Source of the DNA: Holosporales bacterium
Lineage (GTDB): Bacteria; Pseudomonadota; Alphaproteobacteria; UBA3830; JAIRWN01
Direction: 5' to 3'
NCBI GenBank assembly: GCA_031268985.1
Contig: JAIRWN010000014.1
Span: 1-49,447 of the forward strand
DNA: 49,447 nt
The position numbers and the translations under genes were made by a program. Under the pieces are notes generated by a model that was given only the letters and a program-made list of their open reading frames with translations, had not been told where the DNA came from and searched no databases. Numbering within the stretch: the stretch's first letter is position 1; the number at the start of each line of letters is the position of its first letter. Shown here piece by piece: positions 19,614 through 28,844 of this stretch.

Positions 19614-20873
19614 ATGGCAAACAGATGGCTTAAGGATAAACATGTGGCTGTTTTTGATATAGGCAGCACAAAAATTTGCTGCGCTGTCGCAAAGCCGCTG
19701 GAAGGTGGAGGTTTTGATATAATTGGATACGGTCAGTGTCTGTGCAAAGGAGTAAAATCCGGTTTTATAACAGACGTCAGTGCCGTTGAAGACGCTATAA
19801 TCAAGGCTGTCGATTATGCCGAAAATACTGCTAGAGTGGCGATAAACTCAGTTGCCGTAAGTATATCCAGCCATAAAGTATTGGCAAGCGTATATGCTGC
19901 TTCACTTGAAGTCCAAGGCGAAGTCATTACCCAACAAGACGTATTAAGAGTAATTGCGCGCGCACGTCCCGACCTAAGGAGCGAAGGCTTTGAGGTTATT
20001 CACGTAATACCTATCGAATATACTATAGACGGTAATACGGGCGTCAGCGATCCGGTTGGCATGATCGGACGGCAGCTTGGCGTGCAACTATATGTGGTAG
20101 CGGTTCCCAAATTGACGCTTAATAACCTGTTGCTAAGCGTTTCCAGGTGTCACATAAAAGTCGACGGCGTTTTTTTGAAGCCCTACGCAGCCTCAGCTGC
20201 GGTAACAGACGATGAGGATATCAACTCCGGCGTGACGGTAATTGTCTTTGGCGGAGGAACAACCTCCTTTGCAACTTTTTATAAAGGGTCGCTTATATGC
20301 GTAGAAACATTGCCGATTGGGTCGGCGCATATTACAAACGACTTATCTTATGGTCTAAAAACTTCCTATGAAAGTGCGGAAAGATTGAAAACGCTTTACG
20401 GATCAGTGCTTCCTTCAGCAAACGACAATAAAGAAATGATACTAGCGCCACTGAGCGATCAAAATGATCTTACTCTACAGCAAGTTCCAAGATCTGAGCT
20501 TCTTAGAATAATTATTCCAAGAGTAAACGAAATTTTAGATAAACTTAAGGCTCATTTTGACACAAAACCTTACCTGGAAACAATTACAAGGAAAATTATT
20601 TTAACCGGCGGCGGTTGCCAACTCCCAGGCCTTAAAAACCTGGTAGCTGATAGGTTCGGAAAACCCGTATCCATCGAAACGATAAGGCGAATAAAATCCG
20701 CGTCGACCGCTTTGGATATTAAGCCAGATTTCTCAGCTGCAGCCGGTTTAATGATGTTTGCATACGCAAAATCTATGGAATCCAACACGGCCGAAAATAT
20801 TGAGCAAACCAAAGTTTCCTCCATTGAAGGCTTTTGGCAAACTGTATCGAATTGGCTTATTAAAAATCTTTAA
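19614..20873 (+). CDS. ftsA: Cell division protein FtsA
   Basis: FDIGSTKICC, DPVGMIG, HITNDL, AERLKTLYG, LTGGGCQLPG, amphipathic C-terminal helix (FWQTVSNWLIKNL). Confidence 0.95.
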   Translation: MANRWLKDKHVAVFDIGSTKICCAVAKPLEGGGFDIIGYGQCLCKGVKSGFITDVSAVEDAIIKAVDYAENTARVAINSVAVSISSHKVLASVYAASLEVQGEVITQQDVLRVIARARPDLRSEGFEVIHVIPIEYTIDGNTGVSDPVGMIGRQLGVQLYVVAVPKLTLNNLLLSVSRCHIKVDGVFLKPYAASAAVTDDEDINSGVTVIVFGGGTTSFATFYKGSLICVETLPIGSAHITNDLSYGLKTSYESAERLKTLYGSVLPSANDNKEMILAPLSDQNDLTLQQVPRSELLRIIIPRVNEILDKLKAHFDTKPYLETITRKIILTGGGCQLPGLKNLVADRFGKPVSIETIRRIKSASTALDIKPDFSAAAGLMMFAYAKSMESNTAENIEQTKVSSIEGFWQTVSNWLIKNL

Positions 20874-20880
20874 TCTTTTT

Positions 20881-21366
20881 ATGAACATGAGTATAGACCC
20901 AATCCGAATTGATTTTTTGGCAAACCATCTAGGGCTTATTGATACAATTTCACAATGGTACTTAGAAGCATGGGGAAAAAATACCCAAAACGTCGAACGT
21001 TCGAAAACGCTGCTTTTAAGCCGACTGAACACTAACAAACTAGATATGTGTTATCTATGCTTGGAAAATAGCGAACTGATAGGAACTGTTAGTCTAACCA
21101 AAAAAGGTATTCCAAATAATGAAGAATTTACTCCATGCTTGATGCACTTGCTTGTGTCGCCTAAATACCGTTGCAAAGGGTATGGAGCAAAACTTGTTAA
21201 CTTTGTTAAGTTGCAAGCAAAAAGTTTTGGCTTTGATAAAACTTATCTTTTTACCACTGATAAAAACATTCATTTATGGTACGAAAAACTTGGATGGGAT
21301 GTGATAAAAGAGAATGCGGCCATCGATCTCGATACGCGAATCTTGAGGACGGATTGTGAAGGTTGA
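20881..21366 (+). CDS. GNAT family N-acetyltransferase
   Basis: LVSPKYRCKGYG acetyl-CoA motif A, YLFT, WYEKLGW. ATG 20881 chosen to avoid overlapping ftsA. Confidence 0.85.
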   Translation: MNMSIDPIRIDFLANHLGLIDTISQWYLEAWGKNTQNVERSKTLLLSRLNTNKLDMCYLCLENSELIGTVSLTKKGIPNNEEFTPCLMHLLVSPKYRCKGYGAKLVNFVKLQAKSFGFDKTYLFTTDKNIHLWYEKLGWDVIKENAAIDLDTRILRTDCEG

Positions 21367-22219
21367 AAAAGGAATAGTTTTGGCCGGTGGCAGTGGAAGC
21401 AGGTTGTGGCCGATGACTGCAGTTTGCAATAAGCAGTTGCTGCCTATATATGATAAACCTGCGATCTATTATCCCATTAGCACCTTAATGCTCATTGGGA
21501 TCAGGCAAATATTGATAATAAGTTCTCCTGAAGGGATTCAGTCGATCGAACGTATGCTCGGCGACGGCAGCCAGCTTGGAATAGAGTTGTTATATGCGCC
21601 TCAATATGAGCCAAAAGGACTGCCGGAGGCGTTTATAATTGGCGAGCGGTTTATAGGCGGCGATCCTGTAATAATGATTCTGGGGGATAACTTTTTTCAT
21701 GGTCACGCAATTACAGAAATGCTGAAGGTTGAGCCTTATGAGCGCTCAAAAATATTTTTGTATCCCGTTAATGATCCGGGTCGATACGGCGTTGCTGAGC
21801 TGGATAAAGAAGGCAAAGTTGTATCTGTATTCGAAAAACCAAAAAAACCTTCTTCAAATCTGGCGATTACGGGTTTTTACTACTTTGATTCATCTGTTGC
21901 TGAACGAGCAAAAAGGCTTTCTCCTTCACTGCGGGGCGAGCTGGAGATGACGGACTTGATCAATCAATATGACGCTGATAAACTTTTATCCGCGGTGGTG
22001 TTCGGAAGGGGGTACGTTTGGTTTGATATCGGCACTCCGCAGGCGCTTAATAATGCCTCGAATTATGTTGAGGTCATTCAATCCAGGCAAGGAGTAACAA
22101 TTGGTTCCCTGGAAGAAGTAGCTTGGCGTATGGGTTTTATTTCCGGAGAACAGCTTAAATATCTAATTACATCTATACCGCATTGCAAATATAAAAATTA
22201 TTTGGAGTCGATCTTATGA
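21356..22219 (+). CDS. rfbA: Glucose-1-phosphate thymidylyltransferase
   Basis: GIVLAGGSGSRLWP, KQLLPIYDKP, LGDNFF, EKP, RGELEMTD, WFDIGT. Confidence 0.95.
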   Translation: MKVEKGIVLAGGSGSRLWPMTAVCNKQLLPIYDKPAIYYPISTLMLIGIRQILIISSPEGIQSIERMLGDGSQLGIELLYAPQYEPKGLPEAFIIGERFIGGDPVIMILGDNFFHGHAITEMLKVEPYERSKIFLYPVNDPGRYGVAELDKEGKVVSVFEKPKKPSSNLAITGFYYFDSSVAERAKRLSPSLRGELEMTDLINQYDADKLLSAVVFGRGYVWFDIGTPQALNNASNYVEVIQSRQGVTIGSLEEVAWRMGFISGEQLKYLITSIPHCKYKNYLESIL

Positions 22220-22740
22220 ACGTAACAAAAACCTTTATAGAGGGTGTATTGATACTGGAGCCGGCAGTACACAAAGATAGACGCGGTTTTGTGTATGAGA
22301 GTTTTCGCGAGAACGAGTATAACGAACTCTGTGGAAAATTTGTTCAAGATAATATCTCGTTGGCACGCAAGAATGTTCTCAAAGGTCTGCATTATTCCAA
22401 ACATCAATCGCAGTTAATTGGCGTCGCGTATGGAGAGATATATGACGTAGTGACAGACCTTAGGAAAAATTCGAAAACCTTCAAACGGCATTTTAGCATC
22501 CAACTTAATTCCGATAACCCTAAGCAAATCTATATGCCAAATGGTTGTGCGCATGGCCTTTACGTTTTAAGCGATTTGGCTGTTATCAGTTATAAATGTT
22601 CAAGATACTATGATATAAGCGACGATCTGTCGATACGGTGGGACGACCAGGAACTAAATATAAATTGGCCGATTTCCAGCGGCCCGATAGTGTCAGATAA
22701 AGATTCGAAGGCAGAGATGTTTGCAAATGTCCAGCTTTGA
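22216..22740 (+). CDS. rfbC: dTDP-4-dehydrorhamnose 3,5-epimerase
   Basis: DRRGFVYESF, FVQDNIS, LKGLHY, DVVTDLRKNSKTF, GCAHG, YKC. Confidence 0.93.
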   Translation: MNVTKTFIEGVLILEPAVHKDRRGFVYESFRENEYNELCGKFVQDNISLARKNVLKGLHYSKHQSQLIGVAYGEIYDVVTDLRKNSKTFKRHFSIQLNSDNPKQIYMPNGCAHGLYVLSDLAVISYKCSRYYDISDDLSIRWDDQELNINWPISSGPIVSDKDSKAEMFANVQL

Positions 22741-23803
22741 TCAGCTGACGCTTCTCGTGTTTTTAAAAGACAGATTCGCTTTTACTAAGAGACTTTGCTC
22801 TTACTTGCAAGATATAAAATATCCGTTTCATGTGATCTTTGCCGATGGGTCGGAGCTAAGCGAAAATGAAGAATATTTTCGGAACGAATGTTTTAGTTTT
22901 AATCACGAATACGTAAGATATCCGGTCGACAAAGACATATATGCATATGCAAGGAAAGCCCAATCAGCTTCTGCTCTGGTGAAAACTCCATATGTCATGT
23001 TATGCGACAATGATGATTTTCCCATTGTAAGCGGGCAAAGAGCAGCCGTAGATTTTATGGAAAACAATCAAGATTGTGTTGGTTGTAACGGTCGAATCAA
23101 AGGATTAATTCCGTATCCTGATTCTTCAAAACCAAATGGCAAGCATATATTTTGGAAAAAATATTATAGCAACGATATGGATTTTCCCGTGAACCTTGAT
23201 CAAGATTCAGTGGTTGAAAGAATCACCTCTTGGCAGCCTTTTTGTTGTTCTATCTGGTACAGTATTTTTAAGTCTGAAGTATTAAAACAAATGTATAAAG
23301 ATATGGATAAAATGTACCTATCGGACCTTGGGCCAATGGAACTGTTTTTCAGCTACTTTATGCTGTCCAAGGGAAAAGTCTCGCATATAAATGAAACAAC
23401 TTACATAAGGCAGTTGGGCTCGTCTCAAGCGGCTGCATCGCAGGGGAATTCTTTTTTTATGCGTCTGTTTTTCAAAGATTGGTTGGGCGATATCCGAAAA
23501 ATTATGGATTATATGCAGTGCAGTTATCCAAACGAAAAAATGCCAACTGGTCAAAGTTTTAAAGACTATCTATATTATATCTTTGCGAAAAGAAGTGATA
23601 ATTCCTACTGCATAAAATTTAAAAGTAAGTCAGATTTGTTCAAATTTGCCTTAGAACGAAAGATATTTTTAGAATTGTTTATTCTGAAGTTTTTTCCGTA
23701 CATTCCCGACTTAGTATCCAGGTTTTCCAAGTTTTTAAACATAGACTTTGATCCGCAAGAAGCTAAGGCAATAGAAAATACAATTATAGACCGTGCCTAC
23801 TAG
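22727..23803 (+). CDS. Putative glycosyltransferase (TIGR00180-like, GT-A fold)
   Basis: TLLVFLKDR, IFADGS and VKTPYVMLCDNDDF match my recollection of the TIGR00180 family N-terminus. Operonic with rfbA-rfbC. Confidence 0.7.
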   Translation: MSSFDQLTLLVFLKDRFAFTKRLCSYLQDIKYPFHVIFADGSELSENEEYFRNECFSFNHEYVRYPVDKDIYAYARKAQSASALVKTPYVMLCDNDDFPIVSGQRAAVDFMENNQDCVGCNGRIKGLIPYPDSSKPNGKHIFWKKYYSNDMDFPVNLDQDSVVERITSWQPFCCSIWYSIFKSEVLKQMYKDMDKMYLSDLGPMELFFSYFMLSKGKVSHINETTYIRQLGSSQAAASQGNSFFMRLFFKDWLGDIRKIMDYMQCSYPNEKMPTGQSFKDYLYYIFAKRSDNSYCIKFKSKSDLFKFALERKIFLELFILKFFPYIPDLVSRFSKFLNIDFDPQEAKAIENTIIDRAY

Positions 23804-24686
23804 CCATTTTTTCCGAATTCTGTTTCGCTTTGTAATATATATAAGCGCCGCTTAACATTATGATACTGACCCCGATTAGGTTTTGTGGAGTCGGCGTCGT
23901 TCCAAGCATGATAAAATCTAAGGCAAATACCCATATATATGAAGTATAGTCAAGCGGAGCCAAGGCCGAGCTGTCTGACAAACTCAGCGCCATAGCTATC
24001 AAGTACTGAGCAGTCGCCAGTAATATGCCTATTGATATAAAATAGGGAATCTGTTCAATGGGTACAGGCTTCCAAAAAAGTGGCAAAAACGGCAAAAGCA
24101 GCGCGATGATAACTAAGTTTGGGTAGATTGTTATCGTAAGGCTGTGCTCAGTTTTGGACAAATTCCGCATACAGACTTTATTCATTGACGCAAAAAATGC
24201 TCCTGCAAGAGCAGCGAATGCTCCTATGTTAGCGTTAAAACACTCTTCTTTCGGGCTCAGAGCTATTACTACCCCAATAAAGCCGGTTATCACTGACAAC
24301 CATAGTCGAGCATAGACTTTTTCTTTAAGAAGCAGACACCCTGATAAGGTGGTAAAAATCGCTGTTGTGTAGCTCATTGTATATACGTTCACCAGGCAAG
24401 TGGTTTGAATGGCCAGCAGGAAGAGAACTGTGTTCGCTATGCTGAATACCAGCCTTATAGCATGGGCCTTTATTCGGCGCGTTTTAAGATAGAAAAGCAG
24501 ACCTTTCGGGGCAAGAGAGGCCACCAAAATCATAGGCAATATACGAATTAAATCCCTGATGAAAATGACCTGGAGCAAAGAATAATCCGGCATCACAGCA
24601 TATTTCATCAGACAGTCAGAAGCCGCGTATATAAAAATCGCAAGCTCCATACAGATCATCCCTCTGACGAGAGATTGTTTGCGCAT
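23784..24686 (-). CDS. DMT/EamA family transporter
   Basis: 300 aa, about 10 TM, LLKEKV...W...GFIGV, LAPLDYT motifs. Confidence 0.9.
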   Translation of the reverse strand: MRKQSLVRGMICMELAIFIYAASDCLMKYAVMPDYSLLQVIFIRDLIRILPMILVASLAPKGLLFYLKTRRIKAHAIRLVFSIANTVLFLLAIQTTCLVNVYTMSYTTAIFTTLSGCLLLKEKVYARLWLSVITGFIGVVIALSPKEECFNANIGAFAALAGAFFASMNKVCMRNLSKTEHSLTITIYPNLVIIALLLPFLPLFWKPVPIEQIPYFISIGILLATAQYLIAMALSLSDSSALAPLDYTSYIWVFALDFIMLGTTPTPQNLIGVSIIMLSGAYIYYKAKQNSEKMASRHGL

Positions 24687-24769
24687 AAAGGCTTCAAGCT
24701 CTAAAAATTAACTTAAGTATATAACAGTTTTTCTTCAGATAATATTGTGAGGCGTCACGCTTTCGGTTT

Positions 24770-26032
24770 TTAGTTCAAGTATACAAATTCGTCCGTAAGG
24801 TTAACCATGGACCGGAAAATCGCGGTATCCGGGTTGGAGAAGCGCCGCGTTTCGCTTCCTTGTTTAATGACCGGGAGAGAGCCAAATCCTTCGACAAACA
24901 TTGAGCCGCCTCCAAAAAACTCTCTGAGTTCGGAGGCTTTTTCTAGCCCTGCATGTGTAACGTTCAATGGGCTGTTTGCCGATATCAAAAATCTTCTGTC
25001 CCAGAATTTATTGCCGACAACTTTCATGTCGCTTATCCCACGCAGTTCTCGCATTATGTGGACATAATCTTTTCTTTGCGCAACCAGGCATCCTGAAACG
25101 TTGACCTTTTTTCTGCTGACCAGGTTTTTTAGTTGCGCAACAATTGACGCTAATTGATCAAGTGAAGCTGGATATTGCTTTCCGCCAAGCGACCATAACA
25201 GCCTTCTCATTACATGCTTTTGCACGCAAGGATCGAGTTTACAAAACTCATTGCTGGGCAAAACGGCATAGCCAAACTTTTTAACGGATGTATGTAAGCT
25301 TATGAAATTTTCGGCGGCAAGTTCCAAATTCTGCCTTGACTCGTTTAACGCAAGAATTCTTCGCCAAATTAATTTTTTATCAGCCTTAGCCGCCACTTCC
25401 ATTCTTATTCGAACTCTTTTACATTTTTTATCTAAATTGCTCGGGTCTTCAATCCATTTTTGCCTAATGGAAGTAAGATATGATTTCAACTCGTTTTTAT
25501 ATACGTTAAGTAAGGGCCTTATCATCACTGTTCTTGTTTGAGGAGGTTTAACCACTGCGTTTATTCCGGCAAGACCATAGTCTCCGCTATGGAATTCTTG
25601 CCGTATAAAAAAGGTTTCTATCTGGTCGTCCAAAGTATGCGCAACAAGCAAATAATCGGCTTCGACTTTGTTACAAAAGTCGAACAATAGATCATATCTG
25701 GCTTGTCTTGCACGAACTTGTTTGTGTCCGCAAAGAATACTGCCGTGATCCCATTTAAGAATGTGGTGGCTAATTCCGTAATCTTTCATCCACTTCCCAA
25801 CAGTTTTTGCTTCTTCGGCTGACTCCGGCCTTAAGGAATGATCAACGGTAACGGTAAAAAGTTTACCGCTATTGGTATGCATCCACTCATTGATTAAGAG
25901 TGTCAAAGACATGCTGTCCGCACCGCCAGACAACGCTGATACAAAGACCTTTTCTCCGGACTTGACGGTATTGTCCCCGGACAGCAACTTTTGCATGTTT
26001 AAAGAAAACTTATCACTCAACTCAAGAAGCAT
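24770..26032 (-). CDS. tilS: tRNA(Ile)-lysidine synthase
   Basis: ALSGGADS (PP-loop), VDHSLRPES, ARQARY, AHTLDDQIET, IRPLL, EDPSN. Confidence 0.96.
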   Translation of the reverse strand: MLLELSDKFSLNMQKLLSGDNTVKSGEKVFVSALSGGADSMSLTLLINEWMHTNSGKLFTVTVDHSLRPESAEEAKTVGKWMKDYGISHHILKWDHGSILCGHKQVRARQARYDLLFDFCNKVEADYLLVAHTLDDQIETFFIRQEFHSGDYGLAGINAVVKPPQTRTVMIRPLLNVYKNELKSYLTSIRQKWIEDPSNLDKKCKRVRIRMEVAAKADKKLIWRRILALNESRQNLELAAENFISLHTSVKKFGYAVLPSNEFCKLDPCVQKHVMRRLLWSLGGKQYPASLDQLASIVAQLKNLVSRKKVNVSGCLVAQRKDYVHIMRELRGISDMKVVGNKFWDRRFLISANSPLNVTHAGLEKASELREFFGGGSMFVEGFGSLPVIKQGSETRRFSNPDTAIFRSMVNLTDEFVYLN

Positions 26033-26763
26033 TACTGCCTGCTTGTTTTCGATTTTTCTTGCTCGGCTAGCTTTCTGAGCCTTGGAGACAGATCCTTGTA
26101 ATCCGCCAAAAGTTTTTCCAAAGTTACCTTTGCGTCTTTTTTCTTTCCCATCGCAATCAAAGTCTTAGAAAGTTTGTAAAGCAACTCCGGAGCTTTCGAG
26201 GAATTAGGATTAATTTTATATCCCTTTACATATGCAAGAGAGGCTTCACTATAAGACTTTTCGCCGTAACATGCCTCGCCCAGCCAATAATAAAGCGTCT
26301 GAGATTCAGAAGAAGATTCGCCAAACTTGGAAATATATTGTTTAGCTCTGGCTTGCGCAGTTTTATATGATCCCTGCGCCATTAAAGCCTTTACTTCTTT
26401 TATGCTATCTTCTGAAGGCTTATTTGGTTGGCCCGCCTTTAAGGTCGCTTTATTGTCCGCCGTCTTATCAGTCGATGCAGCAGCTTTTTTTACGGAGGTT
26501 TGCGCCGTCTTCTTTAATGACTCTTTTAATTCTTCCAAAGAAGCCTTTGTTTCATCCAGCCTTAAAGCTATATCTTGGTGCAATTTCCTGCTCTCTTCCA
26601 ATTGCTTGTCAAAATTATGTTGGATTCGCTCAACAACACCGGTAAGCTGCTTCAGCGTATCTTCTATATTTGCAATTCGCGTCTCAATCAAGGCCGCGCT
26701 CTGGCTGGCGTTTGCCGGCAGTACTCCAAACAAACAAAAAGCGAGAACCCCATATATCATCAT
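26032..26763 (-). CDS. cpoB: Tol-Pal system protein CpoB/YbgF
   Basis: Signal peptide, coiled coil, TPR region (YYWLGE...KAPELLYKL). Directly upstream of tilS, as is usual in alphaproteobacteria. Confidence 0.85.
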   Translation of the reverse strand: MMIYGVLAFCLFGVLPANASQSAALIETRIANIEDTLKQLTGVVERIQHNFDKQLEESRKLHQDIALRLDETKASLEELKESLKKTAQTSVKKAAASTDKTADNKATLKAGQPNKPSEDSIKEVKALMAQGSYKTAQARAKQYISKFGESSSESQTLYYWLGEACYGEKSYSEASLAYVKGYKINPNSSKAPELLYKLSKTLIAMGKKKDAKVTLEKLLADYKDLSPRLRKLAEQEKSKTSRQ

Positions 26764-26836
26764 TATTTTTCCTCAAAACGTTTGAATAAACATAAACTCG
26801 CCACGCTTTAAAAACAATTTTATAAAAGAATTTCCG

Positions 26837-27685
26837 CTATACAGAGGATAAATCGCCGCCAGACGAGCTGGTCACAACTGTTGATATATCTGGCGCGTCA
26901 ATAGCTTTCATTCCAATCGAATGGTAGCCTGAGTCCACATAGATAACGTCGCCCGTTACTCCGGCGCCTAAGTCACTGACCAAGAACACAGCAGCCCCTC
27001 CAACGTCTTCAGGGGTTGTATTCCGTCTTAATGGGGAATTGTGCTGGTTCCATTTCAAAATATACCTAAAGTCATTTATGCCAGCCGAAGCGAGAGTTCT
27101 TATCGGTCCCGCAGATATAGCATTGACCCTTATGTTCCTTGGGCCCAGATCCATTGCCATGTACCTGACGCTGGATTCCAGAGCCGCTTTCGCGATTCCC
27201 ATGACATTATAGTTCGGCATTACTCGCTCCGACCCAAGGTAAGAAAGGGTGACCATACTTCCACCATTTGACATGACGCTTTGCATCCTTCTGCATAAGG
27301 ATGTGAATGAATAGCAAGAAATGTCTAAACTTTTAAGGAAGTTGTCCTTTGTCGTATCGTAATAGTTGCCCTTTAGCTGATCTTTATCGGAGTGGGCTAT
27401 TGCATGAACAAAAAAGTCGACAGTCGACCATTTAGCTGTGAGTTGTTTAAAAAAGGCGTCTATGCTATCTTCGCTCGCCACGTCGCATTCTATAAGGATG
27501 CTTGAGCCAATTGTCTCCGCTAACGGTTTAAGCCTTCTAAACAGCGCCTCAGACTGATAGCTGAAAGCTATCCCTGCCCCATGGCTGCTTAGGGTTTTTG
27601 CTATGCCCCATGCAATCGACCTCTCGTTAGCGACTCCCATGACTATACCGTGTTTGCCCTGAAGAAGATTAGAAACTATGTTCAT
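26837..27685 (-). CDS. fabI: Enoyl-ACP reductase
   Basis: GVANERSIAWGIA, YNVMGIAKAALE, VNAISAGPIRTLA. Confidence 0.97.
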   Translation of the reverse strand: MNIVSNLLQGKHGIVMGVANERSIAWGIAKTLSSHGAGIAFSYQSEALFRRLKPLAETIGSSILIECDVASEDSIDAFFKQLTAKWSTVDFFVHAIAHSDKDQLKGNYYDTTKDNFLKSLDISCYSFTSLCRRMQSVMSNGGSMVTLSYLGSERVMPNYNVMGIAKAALESSVRYMAMDLGPRNIRVNAISAGPIRTLASAGINDFRYILKWNQHNSPLRRNTTPEDVGGAAVFLVSDLGAGVTGDVIYVDSGYHSIGMKAIDAPDISTVVTSSSGGDLSSV

Positions 27686-27780
27686 AGAGCTCCATTTAAA
27701 AACCGCTTAAGCCATATTGCTAAACATAGCACAGTATTGTAAAAAAGTATAAAGCATTAAAGCCGGTCGAAAGGCTTAAT

Positions 27781-27854
27781 TGGGGCGTAGCCAAGCGGTA
27801 AGGCAGCGGGTTTTGGTCCCGCCATCGTGGGTTCGAATCCTTCCGCCCCAACCA
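27781..27854 (+). tRNA. tRNA-Gln(TTG)
   Basis: Cloverleaf: acceptor TGGGGCG/CGCCCCA, anticodon stem GCGGG/CCCGC with loop TTTTGGT, GTTCGAATC, encoded CCA. Confidence 0.97.
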
Positions 27855-27902
27855 TATAGTGTTTGTTGTCGAGTTTGCTTCGTTAATAACTAAAAACATG
27901 AG

Positions 27903-28784
27903 ATGAAGCTTATATGTGGGCCGAATTGCGACTATAGCCTGGCATCTCAAGCGTCCATAAAGTTGGGTGCAGAAATTGTTGAATGCTGTGTCCGCAATAA
28001 AACTGACCAAACTTCGGAAATAAAAATTGAAGCCAGTTTTGACAGAGATCCGGTCATTATAGCCGAATCACTTGTTTTGCCGTTACATACCAATTTTATG
28101 AACCTTCTTCTGATGATTGATGCAATAAAACGTAACGGCGCAGGCAAAATCCATGCGTTTATTCCATACTTTGGTTATGGAAGACAAGATCGCATAATTG
28201 TTGGAGGAGCGGTACCGGCTCAACTTGCCGTTAAACTTATTTCAGCTTCCGGCGCTGATGATGTTTGCTGTATTGATACTCACAGCGAAACAGATGGAAT
28301 TGATAATATTCTTTCGACAAGCCTATTCGCTGAAAGTATAAAACAGCACTTAGTTACCACGCCGTTGCCGAACAGAGCGATAGTTTTAGCTCCGGACAAA
28401 GGAAGTGTTCCACGAGCAAAACAGCTGGCAAATCTTCTGAATCTTTCATACGTGTTCATATTAAAAAATAGAAGCAGCTATGGCGTGGTCAGCGGCGAGG
28501 TCTCTGAGTCAAAAATGACGGAATCATGCATCATCATTGACGATATTGTCGACAGCGGCGCGACCATGGATTATGCCTGCTTTAACGCAACAAGGCTGGG
28601 AGCGAAAAACATAATCATATGCTGTACACACCTGATTAACCATGCGGCCATACAAACAATAATGAGCAAATACCCGCAAATATCTCGCATCTTAACAACA
28701 AATTCCGTCAAGCAAAAGCGCGACCTTGATAAGTTGACCGTTTTGGATATTTCCGATCTGTTTGCAAGAAGAATCGTAAAGTGA
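27903..28784 (+). CDS. prs: Ribose-phosphate pyrophosphokinase (divergent)
   Basis: PYFGYGRQDR, APDKG, IIDDIVDSGAT (PRPP-binding motif), CCTH. Confidence 0.88.
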   Translation: MKLICGPNCDYSLASQASIKLGAEIVECCVRNKTDQTSEIKIEASFDRDPVIIAESLVLPLHTNFMNLLLMIDAIKRNGAGKIHAFIPYFGYGRQDRIIVGGAVPAQLAVKLISASGADDVCCIDTHSETDGIDNILSTSLFAESIKQHLVTTPLPNRAIVLAPDKGSVPRAKQLANLLNLSYVFILKNRSSYGVVSGEVSESKMTESCIIIDDIVDSGATMDYACFNATRLGAKNIIICCTHLINHAAIQTIMSKYPQISRILTTNSVKQKRDLDKLTVLDISDLFARRIVK

Positions 28785-28844
28785 ACATTTATTAACGCTT
28801 CTTGGGGTAATATATTCTTACTAGGTTAAGTCAAATGTTAACAA

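Noticed and set aside
20758-20880. N-terminal extension of the GNAT ORF
   Set aside because: It overlaps the conserved ftsA C-terminus; ATG 20881 is more plausible.
27720-28010. 96 aa minus-strand ORF
   Set aside because: Contains WLGRKDSNPRWRDQNPLPYRLATP, the typical antisense translation of a tRNA.
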